A stretch of DNA of 64,000 bases from contig OZ176050.1 of NCBI GenBank assembly GCA_964247055.1, positions 12,276,001 through 12,340,000 of the forward strand. The letters run 5' to 3'. Every line of letters starts with the position of its first letter. Position 1 is the stretch's first letter. The notes under the pieces are model-generated. The model did no database searches, was not told the DNA's origin, and saw only the letters and a list, made by a program, of their open reading frames with translations. Source of the stretch: Paragordius varius (taxonomy: Eukaryota; Animalia; Nematomorpha). Shown here in pieces: positions 1-21,400 of this stretch. The position numbers were made by a program, and so were the translations under genes.

Positions 1-319
1 CCCCAACAATAGCATCGCCCTTTTTCAAATTAGGCCTCCAATTGCCCACCCCGTGTAAAAAATGGTTTTATTTTAAAGGAATATCACAAAAATCTAGTCT
101 TTGAAATTTTCCGGAAAACGTGTTAGACCATTTGATTTCATATATGATTTATTTTTACTTTATAACAATTGCGCCGAACATAGTTGGCTCGCTTTTTTTA
201 TTTAGTCCCTTTTTTACCCGCTTGCCCCGTAAAATGCCATTTTTTTCAAAAAAATTAAGTCCACAAAAATAATTTATTGAATCTATTTTTTTCTTGGGGG
301 AGTGCGAGTAAAAATTCAA

Positions 320-1390
320 TAAGAATTCCAAGTATTCCTGTTAAAAGGCAAATATTTTAGTCCACCGTTTATTTGATGATAGCTGCTGGGTAAGGAGATA
401 CCCGCTAAAAAATGACCCGTCATATCGAAATAGCGTGCCTTTGGGGTTACGTCCTGATAAATGCGCCACCATAAAATGATTTTTTAGTTTTGAGGCAAAT
501 TTTTAAAAACTAATGAGAGCATATGGAATTAATCATGATTTCAGGTATTCTCCGTAAAAAGGCAAAAATATTAATCAAGTGCTTTTTTGCATCAGCCTCT
601 GGGTAGGAATCTACCCGCCAACAACTGGGCCACCATATCGATAATGACTTTGGAGGCAAATTTTGGAAAACTTATCAGGCCAAATGATTTTAATAAGGGC
701 TTGAAATATTACCCCTAAAAAGGCAAAAATTTAAGTGGAGGAATTTTATTAAATTAGCCGTTAATTAGGCCCTTGCCCTGAAAATGCGCTATCATAGAAT
801 GACTTTTTGGTTTTGAGGCAATTCTTCAAAAATCCCAATATAGAATCAATTATGATTCCAGGTATTACCCGAATTAAGGCAAAAATTTTAATCGAGTTTT
901 TTTTCGCCCGGGGACCCGCGTAAAGCGCGCCATATCTATACAGCATGTCTTTATTTCAGAAAACCTATGAGACTGATAGGAACATATGGAATCCATGATG
1001 ATTCCAGATATTACCCATATAAAGGCAAAAATTTTGCCCATGCTTTTTTATACCTGCCCTTGGGTAAGGACCTACCAGCCAAAAACTGCGATACTATATA
1101 GAAATGCTTAGTTTGAAGCTAATTAAATTTATGAAGCCATATGAGCTCATTCAAAGCATGAAATATTACCCGTAACTAGATAAAGTCAGTGTTTTTTTAG
1201 CCGTTAATTTAGGGCCTAACGATTATTTAGTGTTGAGGTATTTTGTCGAATAACCGATGAGACGATGGTATCAAAGATGATTCCAAATATTTGCCCTATA
1301 AAGGCAAAGAATTTAACTCTGCGCTTTTCCCCTATAAGTCTATGGGTAGGGGTCTACCGGTTTAAAACTGAGACGCCATACATTTATCTA
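320..1390. repeat. Degenerate tandem array, unit roughly 120-215 bp (mostly ~150 bp)
   Basis: Motif ATGATTCCAGGTATTACCC..AAAGGCAAAAATTT recurs with its GGC core at ~347, 561, 722, 878, 1024, (~1180), 1303; a second motif GGGTA(A/G)G..CTACC recurs at ~389, 601, 1062, 1344. Confidence 0.6.
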
Positions 1391-2474
1391 GTAAAAATAT
1401 AAATTATTAATTTTCGTGTAAAATGATTCACTCGCTGCCAATAAAAATATAATAAATAGAAATTGCTCTTTATATTAGTAGGAAAGATAATTGAAAAAAC
1501 AGTAATTAACATTATAATGGTAATCTATTAACCTTCATTAACTTTGTGAGGGGTGTCCAACACAAATGGCTTCGGGGCTCAAAAAAATCGGCACCCATTC
1601 AAAAATAACATGGGATTTAATATTATTACAAACATAAGACTTTAAAAAATTCCCCGAATATAGGCATATATTCAAATAATTGATAGTTAATCTGTTAAGC
1701 GATAAAATGATTATTAATAAAAAAACACATAGTACTTTAATCGAATCGCTAAGGATAAAATTCGGTCCATTTTTATATTTAACGGTAATGTATTAATTAA
1801 CGCTTTATCCAAAATTAGTTTTTTTTAAACTTAAGCAAAACATTAAAACATAAAAAATAATATTTAATGGATATTAATTCAACTATTTCGTTTTAACTAA
1901 GATTTCATACAGCATAATTTTGCCATAGTAATTCATTTGATACTTATTAAGATTTACGCTCTCTGCACAAGAAGTCGTGGCGCGCTATCTTAAATAGATA
2001 CTTCTAAAAATGTTTGATACGGTCCATTTAATTAAGAAAGCAAAGCAGAACACAAATACAAGTGTAATGATGACACATGGGCAAAGAAGACGATGACTCA
2101 ACTTTTTAAAGTGATATGTATATACATTAGTAGAAACAAAACATAAAAAGTACCTTTCTATTAAAACCATTTACTAAATATTCACGTTTCTATTCCTTAT
2201 TCGCTACCCAAAGGCTAAAAAATAGTGTGCGTTTTTGTTAACTAAACTTAAAAGTTTAGGAATTTCGATTAAACATAAAAAATAAACATATTCAGAATAT
2301 ACGTCCTTATAAAGGGTATATTAGTTGTGAGTAATCGAAGACAATCGGATGGATCTACTCTATATATTGATGATGTCATGAAGAATTCATGGTCAACCTA
2401 ATATTCCAAACAATTTTCATTTTACAGTTTAAGCAGATTACATTCTTTTGTTATATTATAAAAATCAAATGTAC

Positions 2475-4391
2475 CTGTGTATAATGTGTAACATCGTCAC
2501 TGTTTTGATTGTGGTCACCATACCTAAACAATATTGTTATTGCAATTAATTTTAATTTTTGCATAAATAATTATATATATTAAAAAGAAATTTTATTTAT
2601 ATATGATGCGACACAGACAAATAAAATATAAATAATTTCAAAATTAATGAATTACCTGAAAATATATTTTTCTTTATTCCAAGCATCAAAAACCTGCTCC
2701 CATGAGACAGGACCTCCGTTAGATCTCAAAATATTTTGTCCGCCATTGTCAAAATCTGTATAAAATTAAGTCATTTTTTCTGCCAAGAAATTTAAAATAA
2801 ATTAAAATAAAATGGAGTTATTTAAAACAGTTATCGCAGCTTTTACCCGATGTCCTTCTTTCGGCTTGTGTATCATGATGGTAATGACATGTTTCGACAT
2901 TTTGATTAGCTCTGGCTGCTCCTTCCGAATACCAATTCTAGAGTATGAGGTTTAAATTTCTTTTGAATATTTTTGATATTTGGTTTTTGGTTAGAATAAC
3001 TCTTTAAATTGTTTTTTTAACCGAATCTCCACAAAATTATTTATGGATTTCATAAAAATAACTTCTTCTATGACTCGTGAGCTCATACCTAATGACAATG
3101 CCATGATAGAGCATTATTGGAATTTATATCTCATCAGATAGACTTTATTGTCAAATCAGAGGATGTTTCAATATTATTACAGGCAAACATCTCTTTTTGT
3201 GAAAAAACCCAAAAATGCATCATTTATGTGTTAACTCTCATCGGTCAAAATAAGAAAAAAAAATTTCACCAATATAAAGTAAATACAGAAAAATCGCTTG
3301 TTTTCACGCCAAACCACGAGCGCGCAATTATTATATAATTATAAAAATATTCGTTTTATCCGAATATTTGATTCTAAAATATTTGATGTATAATTTACTC
3401 ATTTTTAAGTAGTAAGTATTTATATAAGCGCTTTAAATTGTCCATAAAATAATCATTGGACAGATTATGTTTATAAAAATTCAAAGAAAAAAACTTTTAA
3501 TACTAATATAATACCATGCAACAAACAATACAAAAACAGGTAAAAATTATTGAAAACAGTAACGGCACAAAAAATATTAGCTTCCAATGTGTGAAATGCG
3601 CATAATCACTTGCTCGTTTTAAATTCCAAAATAGTATTATCTGAATAAGAATTGGTTTACCTGCTATATTTTTATGTAAAAATTTTGAAAAAACGAATTT
3701 TTGCGTAGCTAAAAAAATGGCACAATATTGAAGAGGTTTTTAAGTTATTTCTTAGACTGAACTAGCGTAAAGCATTTTTGAATATCAAAACACACTTTTT
3801 AAAATTTAGCGCACATTTTGGTATTAATTTATTCATTTAAATAACTTATATGGAAAAATAATGCCCTTTGCATCTTTCTAAAATTTATCTTATTTTTTAG
3901 AAATGTTCGATTGTGGCATTTAGCTTTTTTAAAATATTTACCGTAATGTGCTTGAAATAGTTTTGATTAGATTAGGGAAAAACTATCGTAAATGTTTTTT
4001 AAAAAAACTGCCTGCGCTTCATACCAATGTTTTGGGCAATCGAATAAAATTGATCAATCAATTCTTGAACAGAGGGCGAAAGAAATAATTGGTTTAATAT
4101 ATTTTTACAGAATAAATTAACATAATTTATAATAGATTTAAGTAAGTCTTACCATTTTTAACATCATTTTAGCCTTTACACTGGATCGTTCTTTATTATG
4201 TAAATCCAAAATTATATTTTGATCTCGAAACGATGGAATAGTGCCATTGATTTGATCCACTAAAACACACAAAACCATGTAAAATAATATGAATTGAAGG
4301 TGGTCATGGTGAAAATAATTTTTTTACCCAATAAATGGTATTCAAAGAACCAGAGAAGGATAATATAATAGGATGACTTAATTGGATACAT
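2475..4391 (-). CDS. CAP/SCP/TAPS-domain (CRISP/venom-allergen-like) secreted protein; 3' exon(s) not resolved
   Basis: Exons 4328-4391 (tentative signal peptide MYPIKSSYYIILLWFF), 4153-4259 (DQNIILDLHNKERSSVKAKMMLKM), 2847-2937 (NWYSEGAARANQNVETCHYHHDTQAERRTS), 2656-2755 (GGQNILRSNGGPVSWEQVFDAWNKEK), 2475-2523 (DVTHYTQ), joined in frame by GT-AG introns. HN..RS, GQN, W..E and HYTQ are CAP motifs. Confidence 0.75.
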
Positions 4392-5070
4392 AATAAAATA
4401 TGTGTATTAGTTAAAAAATATTTGGTACCAAAAAATTGTTTTTAATCCCTTTAACCTTGGTCAATTTTAAAGGGGTTATCCAAATATATAAGGTCAGATT
4501 TGTTTACTATTCGATATAAATTTAAACAAAAAAAACCTCAAATCGTGATGGGGTATAATAGCTAAAACTAATACACCTCTTTTATACAAACACTATCTCT
4601 ATTATATCCAATTTTATTGTGAGGGGCCTGTCGCTAATGTTAATTTAATAGAAGTTGCCTAATTAAAAGCCATTTTGAAATATAATTTCAACCCCAAACC
4701 TTGTTTAAATATTGACATATACAAATGTTATGGGTCAAACAATCAAAATTATACTTAATTATGTAGTGCGTGCTGTTTAAAGTTTAAAAAATATGATAAT
4801 TGCTATCCGATAAAACCAGAAAACGAGTTTATAATTTAGATAACGAATGAGAAATGTAAAAAACTTATATTAATGACATTAATAGATGAAAGGATATTTT
4901 ATTACCAAAAAAGCGGGTGATACATATTTACCAGATTTAAAACTCTTTTAATTTTCAAGTTTGATCAATAAAAATTCATAATAAATCCATACTTTGCATC
5001 AATAACCCAAAGATAATTTTTTAAACAATAATTCAATAAACTAAACAATTTATTATTTTTTTCCATGTAA

Positions 5071-11435
<6,365 letters not shown>

Positions 11436-14400
11436 ATGAACCAATTTCAAATTTTGGTGATTTTATCAAGTAAATTTTTTCGCTATTAATTTATTAGGTT
11501 TTTTGTCTATATCAATATATTTATGCGGATTTTTGCAAATTAAATATTCATTATCCAATAAATCAACTCCACTTAATCCAATTGTACATGGGACCAAAAA
11601 AACCAAGATTATTTTATTCATTATAGATGCTCTGCGATTTGATTACTTTTTCCCTGATGATGCTGATTCGAAACATTTTTATCATAATAATTTTCCCTTA
11701 TTAAATCAAATATATCAACAAAGTAGGGATGGACAAATTTTATTTTATAAATTTTTGGCTGATCCCCCTACGACTACGGGCCAGAGAATTAAAGCACTTA
11801 CATCTGGTACAATTCCAACCTTTTTTGAACTAAAAAATAGTTTTAATAGCGAAACTATGATTGAAGATAATTTGTTACATCAACTTAGCAGCATTGGAAA
11901 ACGCATTATATTTTTGGGAGATGATACATGGCTATCATTATACTCCAATGAAACGTTTTATGAAGTATATAAAACATTTTAGCATAATTCGAGTTTTTTA
12001 TATTATATTTTTTTAATATTATTACTAAAAGGAATTATATTTACTTTGGTTTTAATGTCTCAGACTGGATTATTGGACAGTAAAATTATTAGGATTTTAT
12101 CTGGAAAATAGTATTAAAATAATTTAAAATGGTTCAACTGCATATTCCTATGTATTCACAACTGCTGTATTTAACGCCACTGCGATCTATAACCGTATAT
12201 TACCATAAACTTTTTAAACCATTGGCCTGCGAAGATTTATAATATTTACATTTAGCATTTTATTTATCATTAATTCTACATCTGTACTTTGCATTTTGTG
12301 ATTGAAAAATAATTTAACATATTTTCTTTCTTTATAAAATGGGTCTATACATAAGCGAGGCCTGTCTAATCAACTTTTTACCCTTATCTTCTAAAATATA
12401 TATATACAGTGGCGTATGGAGTAAAACAATATTAGTCTATAGAAGAATAAAAAAATGTTTTTTTAGAAAAACAAAGGGATATTATAGATATGTGTACTGA
12501 CAACTAGGATTGTTTTTTTAAAAAAAAACTTTTTTTTATTCTTTTATGGACTACTATTGTTTTACTCCATACGCTACTGTAAATTTATTGTCCCTTCTAC
12601 TCTTTATAGGCATATCCCTTTCCATCTTTCATTGTCAAAGATTTACACACTGTAGATGATGGGATAATTAAACACATTTTCTCATTTTTACCAAGTGCTG
12701 ATAATAATGATACAAATAATCGTAATGATAATAATCGTGCCAATATAATATTTAACGAAGAAAAAAAAGTTTTAGATTGGGATTTATTGATAGCCCATTT
12801 TTTGGGTGTTGATCATTGTGGACATTGGTTGGGTATAAATCATCCAGCTATGCGGAAAAAGTTGAGGCAAATGGATATACTTTTACAGTAACTATTTGGA
12901 ATTTTTTTTAAAATTGTTTTTTGTAAGAAATTTCAAATCGCGTTACATGTGTGTGAATAGTTTTATTATAAATGACCTTTTGTACGGTTATATTAATGAA
13001 ATTCATACAAGTGTTTCGAACAAAATTTTTTTTTGATATTTTGGCAGAAATAGTTAGAAGCTATTTGGATGGTTAAATAAAATTAAAATATAATTATTGC
13101 CTCCTATTAATATTTGTAATCATTGAATTCCTTTTAATATTTATCAAAATGACATTTGGAACATCAGTTAAATCGCTTGAAAAGGGTTTTTATATTATTA
13201 AAAAAACATTTTTCCATATATTCCAAATTTTTATTTTAGCGAAATCATAAGGAAATTAGACAATGATACCATTTTGCTGGTATTTGGCGATCACGGGGCC
13301 ACCTCATCAGGTGATCATGGCGGAGAATCTAAACTTGAAATCGAATCTTTCTTATTTGCTTATTCTAACGTGCCAAGATTTATGACTCAACCAAAATTTG
13401 TAGGCATTTAACCTGAATTTATATCTTATGAATTTTTCCAGATTTAACATGAATTATTATCGAGCTTTTGAATTTTTTTGAGAAATTTTTAGCGATGTAT
13501 TACAACAACAATTAATAAGGTACATGTTTTGACGGGTCAAAGAATTAAAACTAAGCAGTCGTTGTAACTAAATTCCAATAAATTTAGCCGTTTAAAATGG
13601 TTAGTAATATCAAGTTTTTTCCGAGATTTACATATTATTCCATTATAATTTATTTAAAACCATTGTTTTTAAATAATATAATATACTACGTGTCAATATA
13701 TGTTTGAAATTGACTGTTATTGTGGATAAGCGATTAAATTGTTTAATTATCACATAGATTTTTTGAATGTATTTTTTGTTTTTCTTGCCTTATTGTACAT
13801 TAGGTAACTACTTGACAAAAATTATGTGTATATTTTCGGTGCTAAAGATTTAATAATTACTTCCTTAAACAATATACAAATGCATTTATTGAGTTTTGAT
13901 TTGTCGTTTTAGATGAATAGTCAGGATAGCCGAATTTCAAGCATTTGGCAAATAGATCTTGTCCCAACCATATCTGCCCTCTTTTCCATTCCGATTCCAT
14001 TTTCAAATTTTGGTCGAATTATTCCAGATTTCTTATTAACTTCGCCATCTAATGTCAATAATTCATTGACTGACGCCAAAGTGACTGATAAACTTTATCA
14101 TTTCGTTTTGGAGAATTGGAATCAAGTATTTTTTTAATAACACTCGACAAAAAATTTTGAATTTTGTAATCGCGATTAATTAATTTAAATGTTTTAAAAA
14201 TCCGAAATTTGACCCCACATGATTTTGAAAAAATTAACAGTTTGTAATTTTCAAAAAAATCCAAGAATCGGGTACTTGATCAAATATTTTATGAGATATC
14301 GAGATATTGATAATATGAAACTCTTAATCTATAAATCCTTTGGAAGGGGAAAATAGTGTATAAAGGTGTTATTATATTTGAATATATTTATACACGTTTG

Positions 14401-17400
14401 TGATGAGCTCGCAAAAAAACAAAAAATTTGAATATGGTTATTTCAAATCAACTATTTTAATGAAATTTTTTATAAATTATATATTTATATTTATAAGATA
14501 TAATTTTGTATGCTTTATTTAATGATATATTTATATTTAATATCTTTATATGTAATAAAATATTTGATCAAGTCTCCGATTTGATTTTTTTAGATAAATT
14601 CTCTTTAGGTCAAAAAGGTTCAATTTCGGATTTAGAACATTTAAATCAGTTAAAATTTAAGTTTTTAGAATTGTCAGTTAAAAAAGCTAAAATTTTTTGT
14701 CTAGTATATTTATAATAATTTTTATGGAACTTCATTTAATATTAGCCTTTGTCATTTCATCGCAAATAAATTTCTGAAAATTATTTATCTAATTGGCCAA
14801 TTTTTTTTCATATATGTAATTTTTTATTTATAAATACACATATAATATGAGGTAGAACAAATATGGCAACTTCAAGGGTTAGAAACAAAATTAGACTCCG
14901 TTGAAAAACTTGAATTAAATCGAAACAGGAACGCCTTAAAGGATATGTCAGAACTAATAGTCAGTTTTCATCATTTAAATGGTATGCTTTACTTAACTAC
15001 AAGCCATTTAATATTTATTAAAAAAAAATTTATAATATAACCCTTTTTAAAATACATTCATAAGCCTATGCTTAGAATTAAAACTATTTAAAGTGTTTAT
15101 TATTTAAGAATCGGTTGTAAGAAAATTTTAAGTCGTTTTTCTATTTTTAAGACGGTATGTTATTGCACCTCTAATAAAAATTACCTTTTTTTTAAAAATC
15201 TATCAATTACATTGATTTCGATTCTTTAAATATTATATATTTTCATACCACAGATTTAACCAATCTGACCGATTATCAAAACAAATTCATAGATTTAGCT
15301 TTGGATCATATTGCAAACATACAACGATTAGCTAGAAAATATTGGGTCTCATTTTACTATCCCTTTATGTATATCGGTTTATTTGGCTTATGTTTTGCTT
15401 TCATAACGTATACATTGGAATATCTACACTGTTTTTTATATAACCCCAAATTTAATACCTATAAACGGGAATGTGGTAGGGAGAATAGCTTTTTCCCAAT
15501 AATATTTATACCCATATTAATTACTTTGTTTATAACTTTGAAACTATTATTTCCTTCCTGGACCTTTGCAATCTCTACTCTTGTGATACTTGATTTCATT
15601 TGCATTTACCTTTTATTCAAGCACATACTTAAAATATTAAAAGAATTTACATTAACCTTACATTTTCACCCACCATTAACTTGCAAAAATATGGATATTC
15701 TTACGGAAGATTTTGAGATTAAGCCAGATTTTGACAATGAAAACCTAAAATACGGCCCGAAAAATGATTTTTTACTACACTATTACAGCAGGGCAAAAAA
15801 TGGTTATGGAAAAATTTCATTTTTCATACCCATAATTCTTTTGCTAATTTTATGTTCAGTTCCAAGCATTGCTTTATTCTCAAACAGTTACATTGAACGG
15901 GAAGATTGCATGTCAAAGTTTGTAATTGTGAGCCTAACAATTGGATTAGCTATTATATCCATTTATCCATCACTGATGATATTTGATAAAAATCTACCTC
16001 TTCAAAATGTAAAATTTTGCAGTAAAACTCAAAGATTTTTTCCTTTTAGCTTGTTTAAACAATGGTTAAAAAAGCGGCAAGATGTTAGAAAAATTATACT
16101 TATAACCTTCGCTCTATGCCTTTGTATTCGTTTTAGTTTATATACAGGGCCCGCGGTCGCCCAAAAACAAAATATGCAAGGTGCAAATAACTTGAGCGTA
16201 CGAATTCCGCCTAAAATTGGTAATTGGATAACATTCAAAAGTAATTTAGACTTAATTTATAATCAATGGTCCATGATTGAAAATAAACTCAATTCATATG
16301 AGCCAAAATTGCATTTATGGAGTACACGATGTAGATCTCAAGCTTTGGAAGCTGGAACTTGTGCTAAAAACTCTAATAGTGATGAAATTATTAAATACTT
16401 TAACAATAACACTAATTTAAATTTCACCTTATTAGTTTTTGTGGCGATTCGACATATAGTTGCTGTAATTTTATCAATTTCCCTACCTTCTTGGTGGATG
16501 TTAGTTAAGTTATTTGGGAGTAATACTCTGTTTTGCAAAAAAACAATTATTTTAATGGTCTCTGGTTTATGCTTGATATATAACTTGGGCACCGATATAG
16601 TTACGAATCATAGTTTTGATTCAAAATACGCATTTATATCTTTGTTCATCCATTTAACCCTATATGTTTTACAAAGACTTGTCATTTTAATATCAGTCTC
16701 TACGATTGGAACTGCCTTAATATCAAAAATTTTGGATATATTCCAAAGATTATGTGGGAGTCAATGTTGTAGCACACTAATTATTAACAATAAACGTAAG
16801 GATATTTTAAATGTCACAATTTTCTTTGCGATATATTTGCATTTATTATGGTTGATGGGACCAATATTGACTGAACAATGGTTCCAATACATTTTCTACA
16901 CTTATGTTTTATGCGCATATGTATATCACATTCAAACCATTCTGCCTCTAATGCTCCAACACAATAGCAACACAAATATCTGTGCCTGTAAGTATTTTAT
17001 ATAATATTATTTTTATATTTGCTACTTTGTATTATTTCTTAGAATATTCTGCTGGGTTTTATTAATAATTTTTTATCAATTTATATAATATACGTAAAAA
17101 ACTGTCAGCCCCGAGCAAGCGAATGTTAAACTTTTTACAAGTCTGATATATATGTCCTTACCCTTTGAAAAGAACAAAAAAGGTTTTAAACTGTATTTAT
17201 TATTATTATATAATTTTTTTCGTATTCTCCTTATCGTAATCGTAAAATGCTTTGATATATTTTTCTTATTACAACAATATTAATCCTAAAAATACACTTA
17301 AAAATCTCATTTACCATATAGTTTACATTGTTATTGGCGCCCTATGGTTGAGTTTGGGCAATTGGGGTTTTTTCCTCACACAACATCAGACTGAAATCTC

Positions 17401-18044
17401 AGCTATTCCTTGGCGTGTCGCATTTACAAACATTTTAACGGAATCAGAAATCTCCAAAAAATATCACCTTAATGACCATACTATTCTTACTACACTTTTT
17501 AATAAAAATATCACGTTTTCTCATGTAAAAAAATTGTTGGCGCCTTTTGGAGAACCCTGGAAACTGGTTTCTGCTTATAACATTGTCTCTCATACGTTTT
17601 CGGCTCAGGTTGGGAAATTTGTTAAACTTATTTTTTATGTCCGTCTTTTAGTTCAAAAAGTTTATAAATTCTGCTATAAAAAATGGCTTTTTAATTCTAA
17701 TACCGTTTTGATATTAACTTATTATTTTTTTTAGATTATGTCCCTTTTGATAGGAGTTCATATCCAAGTTCCTAATGTTTTACCAAATATGAAATCTCAT
17801 ATAATTAATTCAATCCTCTTTTTTATGTTGTGTAAGGTACTAATAGATATTCATATTTTTAAATTTAATGATTAATTTTATACAAATTATAATATTTTTA
17901 CCTTTTTTGTAGATACTTATGTGTACCGTGTGCGTTTTTGTTCAACGGCGACATCTCATGCTATGGGCCATATTTTTCCCCAGATTCATATATGCCTTGT
18001 GGGAATATGCTATATTATCTCTTCTTTATTTGACTTTTTCATGA
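11436..18044 (+). CDS. PIGO: GPI ethanolamine phosphate transferase 3 (PIG-O/GPI13 family)
   Basis: Exons 11436-11469, 11498-11964, 12610-12887, 13240-13399, 13913-14125, 14852-14981, 15254-16987, ~17321-17608 (acceptor uncertain), 17735-17836, 17913-18044. Motifs [67 protein letters not shown], multi-TM C-half and C-terminal [15 protein letters not shown]. Confidence 0.9.
11470..11497 (+). other. PIGO intron 1: 28-nt micro-intron
   Basis: GTAAAT...TTATTAG; removal joins ATG 11436 in frame to the long exon, giving the N-terminal TM helix [24 protein letters not shown] expected of PIG-O. Confidence 0.8.
12407..12579. mobile_element. MITE (CAGT(A/G)GCGTATG TIR family), PIGO intron 2
   Basis: TIRs CAGTGGCGTATGGAGTAAAA / TTTACTCCATACGCTACTG, TA on both flanks; related to 23914-24095. 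Confidence 0.8.
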
Positions 18045-18485
18045 TTTATATGCGCCCAGATTATAATAAATTTATTATATTATATTTTCTGGCATGTGAA
18101 CGTTAAGTTTTAAAGTCCGAAAAGGGCTGGAAAAAATAAATTTTTGATTAGCATATATTGTTTTAACATCTTACACCTAGATTCATTTATAAACGTCATT
18201 TTGGATTTAAAACCAACAGTTTTTTGACTTACTTTCCTTTTATTTTCGATATTATAAATATAATATTCTGGAGTCAAAATTTTGAACCCATAAAAACTTT
18301 TATCGTTATTAGATAACGTATTAATTATAGCCAAATTAACTTTTTATTAGTATTTAAAACTGAAAAACTAATGATTTTAACATTTATATTGTTTTGCAAT
18401 ACATCTGTGTGTTTAGTTGCGGTAAATTTTAAAATATTTTTAAACATTAAACAAGTATTCTAGAACAATCACATATGCTTAAAAT

Positions 18486-21400
18486 ATGATGGCTAAAAAT
18501 GGTTTTTTGCCGATCGCATTCACTGAGAGTAAACGTCGATGTTTGGCCCAGATTTGTTTTTGGATTTGCACGAAAATTATTTTATCATCCCTAATTAGCA
18601 TAGGGATGACTTTATATTTCTGGTCCCTATTGGCTAGAAACCCTACACTTAAATTTTTATTCTGGCGGAATAATAGCTTAGTTATTTCTCTCCTTGTGGT
18701 ACACACTATAGTTGTGGTGTTTGAAATTGGTTTAACTTTTTATTATATTATGTGGGAAAACAATTTATTCTTAATATTTTTTCACCTATAGCGAAATGTA
18801 AAGCCCTAATAGATATAAGAGCATATCCATTTAAAAGGCTCACGTGGTCCACATTCATGTGTTCAATGATAATTTTTAATTGGGCTCTAACATATGCGTT
18901 AATTGGTGTTGGCAGGTTAGATTTTTCGCAATATATATTTGCAGGTTTTTAACATGTTTGTAAAAATAAATTTTCAATTATTTAGAGTTTTTAAGTATTT
19001 TTTAATATATGTATAATCTAAAAAAAATGAGTTATGCATCCAAGAGATACGAAACAGCGTTTTTTTTGAAACAAGATACCATTCCGTCTTTTAAGTATTG
19101 TTTTTAAAAGAACTCTATCGCTGGTTAATTAAGTTAATATTATTTTGAAAATAATTGTTGATATTTTAAACTGTTTTTGTGATCTGAAATCAAATCATCA
19201 AATATAAATATCTTCCAAACACCGTTTGCGTCGTTATGGGTTGCCGGACTATTAAATAAAAAAATCGAGATCATACATTCTCATTATAAATAAAATGAAT
19301 AGTAAATAACTTACAAATTAATATGGTAAAACATTTGTAATGTTATAATTTTTGAATGTATAAATTTTTTACGTAAATTAATCCCTTTAAAAACAGGCGT
19401 TAGAGCAATAAAACGCTGCATTATCCTACACCCATAGGATTAAAATCAAATCATCATATTTCGATTTAGGTCAGCATGTCAAATTTAATAATCAATAACT
19501 GGGTATTTTCCCTATGTTACATAAATACTTGGATTTTAGGCTTTCTTGCTCAATTTTTTTCGATTAGTTCAACAAAGCTATTTTTTTTATTAGAGCCATT
19601 TTTTTCGGTACGAATGAGGGAAATAAAAATTGGACAACACGCGTTTTATTAAAATGTTGCTTAGTAATAATTTTTCTTCGTATCCGCTCTTAAGTGACGC
19701 TAAACTAAGCCCTTATTTTGGAAAAACTCTATTCTGCGCAAATATAAAAGAAATAGGGATGGCCATTAATTTATTAAATTTTTGTAAAAGTTTTCCAGAA
19801 CATTGCTAAGCCTTATACATATTTATAATTGGAGCTAAATATCCAAAAAATATTTACGCTTTTTGTAATGAGTTTGGTAATTTGAAATTTATTATAAAGT
19901 AATTACTTTTAATAACAGATATTTTTTCATTGATTTAATAATTTTTTTTAAAATATATTTTTCATTAAAACTATTTATACAACATTTACAGTAAAAATTA
20001 GAATTATACGGACAAAACGCAAAAATATAAAGACAAATATTTTTTTCTAAAATACAACCATATTTTTTGAATTTTGATTTTTTAAAATATAACTGTTTTA
20101 AATGCAACTATACAATAGAAATTTGAATTGGTAGCACAATCAATTGTGTAGTTTATGATTGTAATTAAATATTTTATATAGCATAAATTAAGGTTTTAAA
20201 TAGTCTGAAATATTTGTCTTTATATTTTTACGTTTTGTCCGTATAATTTCAGTATTTACTGTATTAAATTTATTTCATTTCTTTAGTTTAAGTATGTTCA
20301 TCAAAAAGCGGTTGGATAACGGGGCCTTAAGAGGGTTTTTACAAAATGCAATCATAAACTACAAATCTGATATAAACAATACGGTTATGATCAATAAAAT
20401 TCAAATGGGTATGTGTGTCGTATAAATTTTAATATTTTAGCGTATAAACTTTGTATCCTTTGTATTATCAAAAATTTATTTTTTTCGTTAAATGGGTATA
20501 AATTTTTCTTAAAGAATGGAAAAAACAAGAGCTCTATGGTTTTAACACATCATATTCATCAACAAAGTATAAAAACTACCATAGAGCTCTTGTTTTTTCT
20601 ATTCTTTAAAAATATTTATACCCATTAACGAAAAAAATAAATTTTTGATAAAATAAAGGATACATGATTGTATAATAACAATTGGAAAAATATTCTTCAA
20701 CAACATATAGATTATAAATGTTGTGGTATTGATGGTTATCAAGATTGGTTCAATGTTAGTTGGCTTGATTCAAATGACCCGGAAATTAAAGCCCATATTG
20801 TCCAAGAACTTTATTCAAGGTATGAATAAGATGTGTCTCTAGATCAGATGGGCCGCATTTACAAAATATATGGGAGTTGATAAATATTTTATTACATTTC
20901 AAACATAAGACTGTAAAAATTACCATTTATTTTAACAATTTTTGCTAGTATATTACCAAAATTCGGTACGAATTATATATAAAATTTGTTTAAGAATACA
21001 ACTTTACCTATGCAGTGAAAATTGAAATTATAAGGACAAAACGTGAAAATATAAAGACAAATATATTTTTTAAAATAACAACCCCATACTTTTTATTGGT
21101 ATCACAATAAATTATGTATTTTACTATTTTATTTAAATGTTTTTTATAGGATAAGTCGTTTAAAAAAGTATGGTTGTCTTTTGGAAAAAAATTGTCTTTA
21201 TATTTTTCCATTTCATCCGTATAATTTCCATTTTATTTAAATATTGTATTTGAAATTTCTCGCTGGCTGCAAAAGGATGGCCGCATGTTGGCTTCGTGAT
21301 CTAGTGTTTATAATTTTTTAGTTAAAAATAAAAAGTAAGAAGTAAGAATTTGAAAAAACTTTGCAATTATATATTTTGTCCATAGTATAGGGGTAAATGG

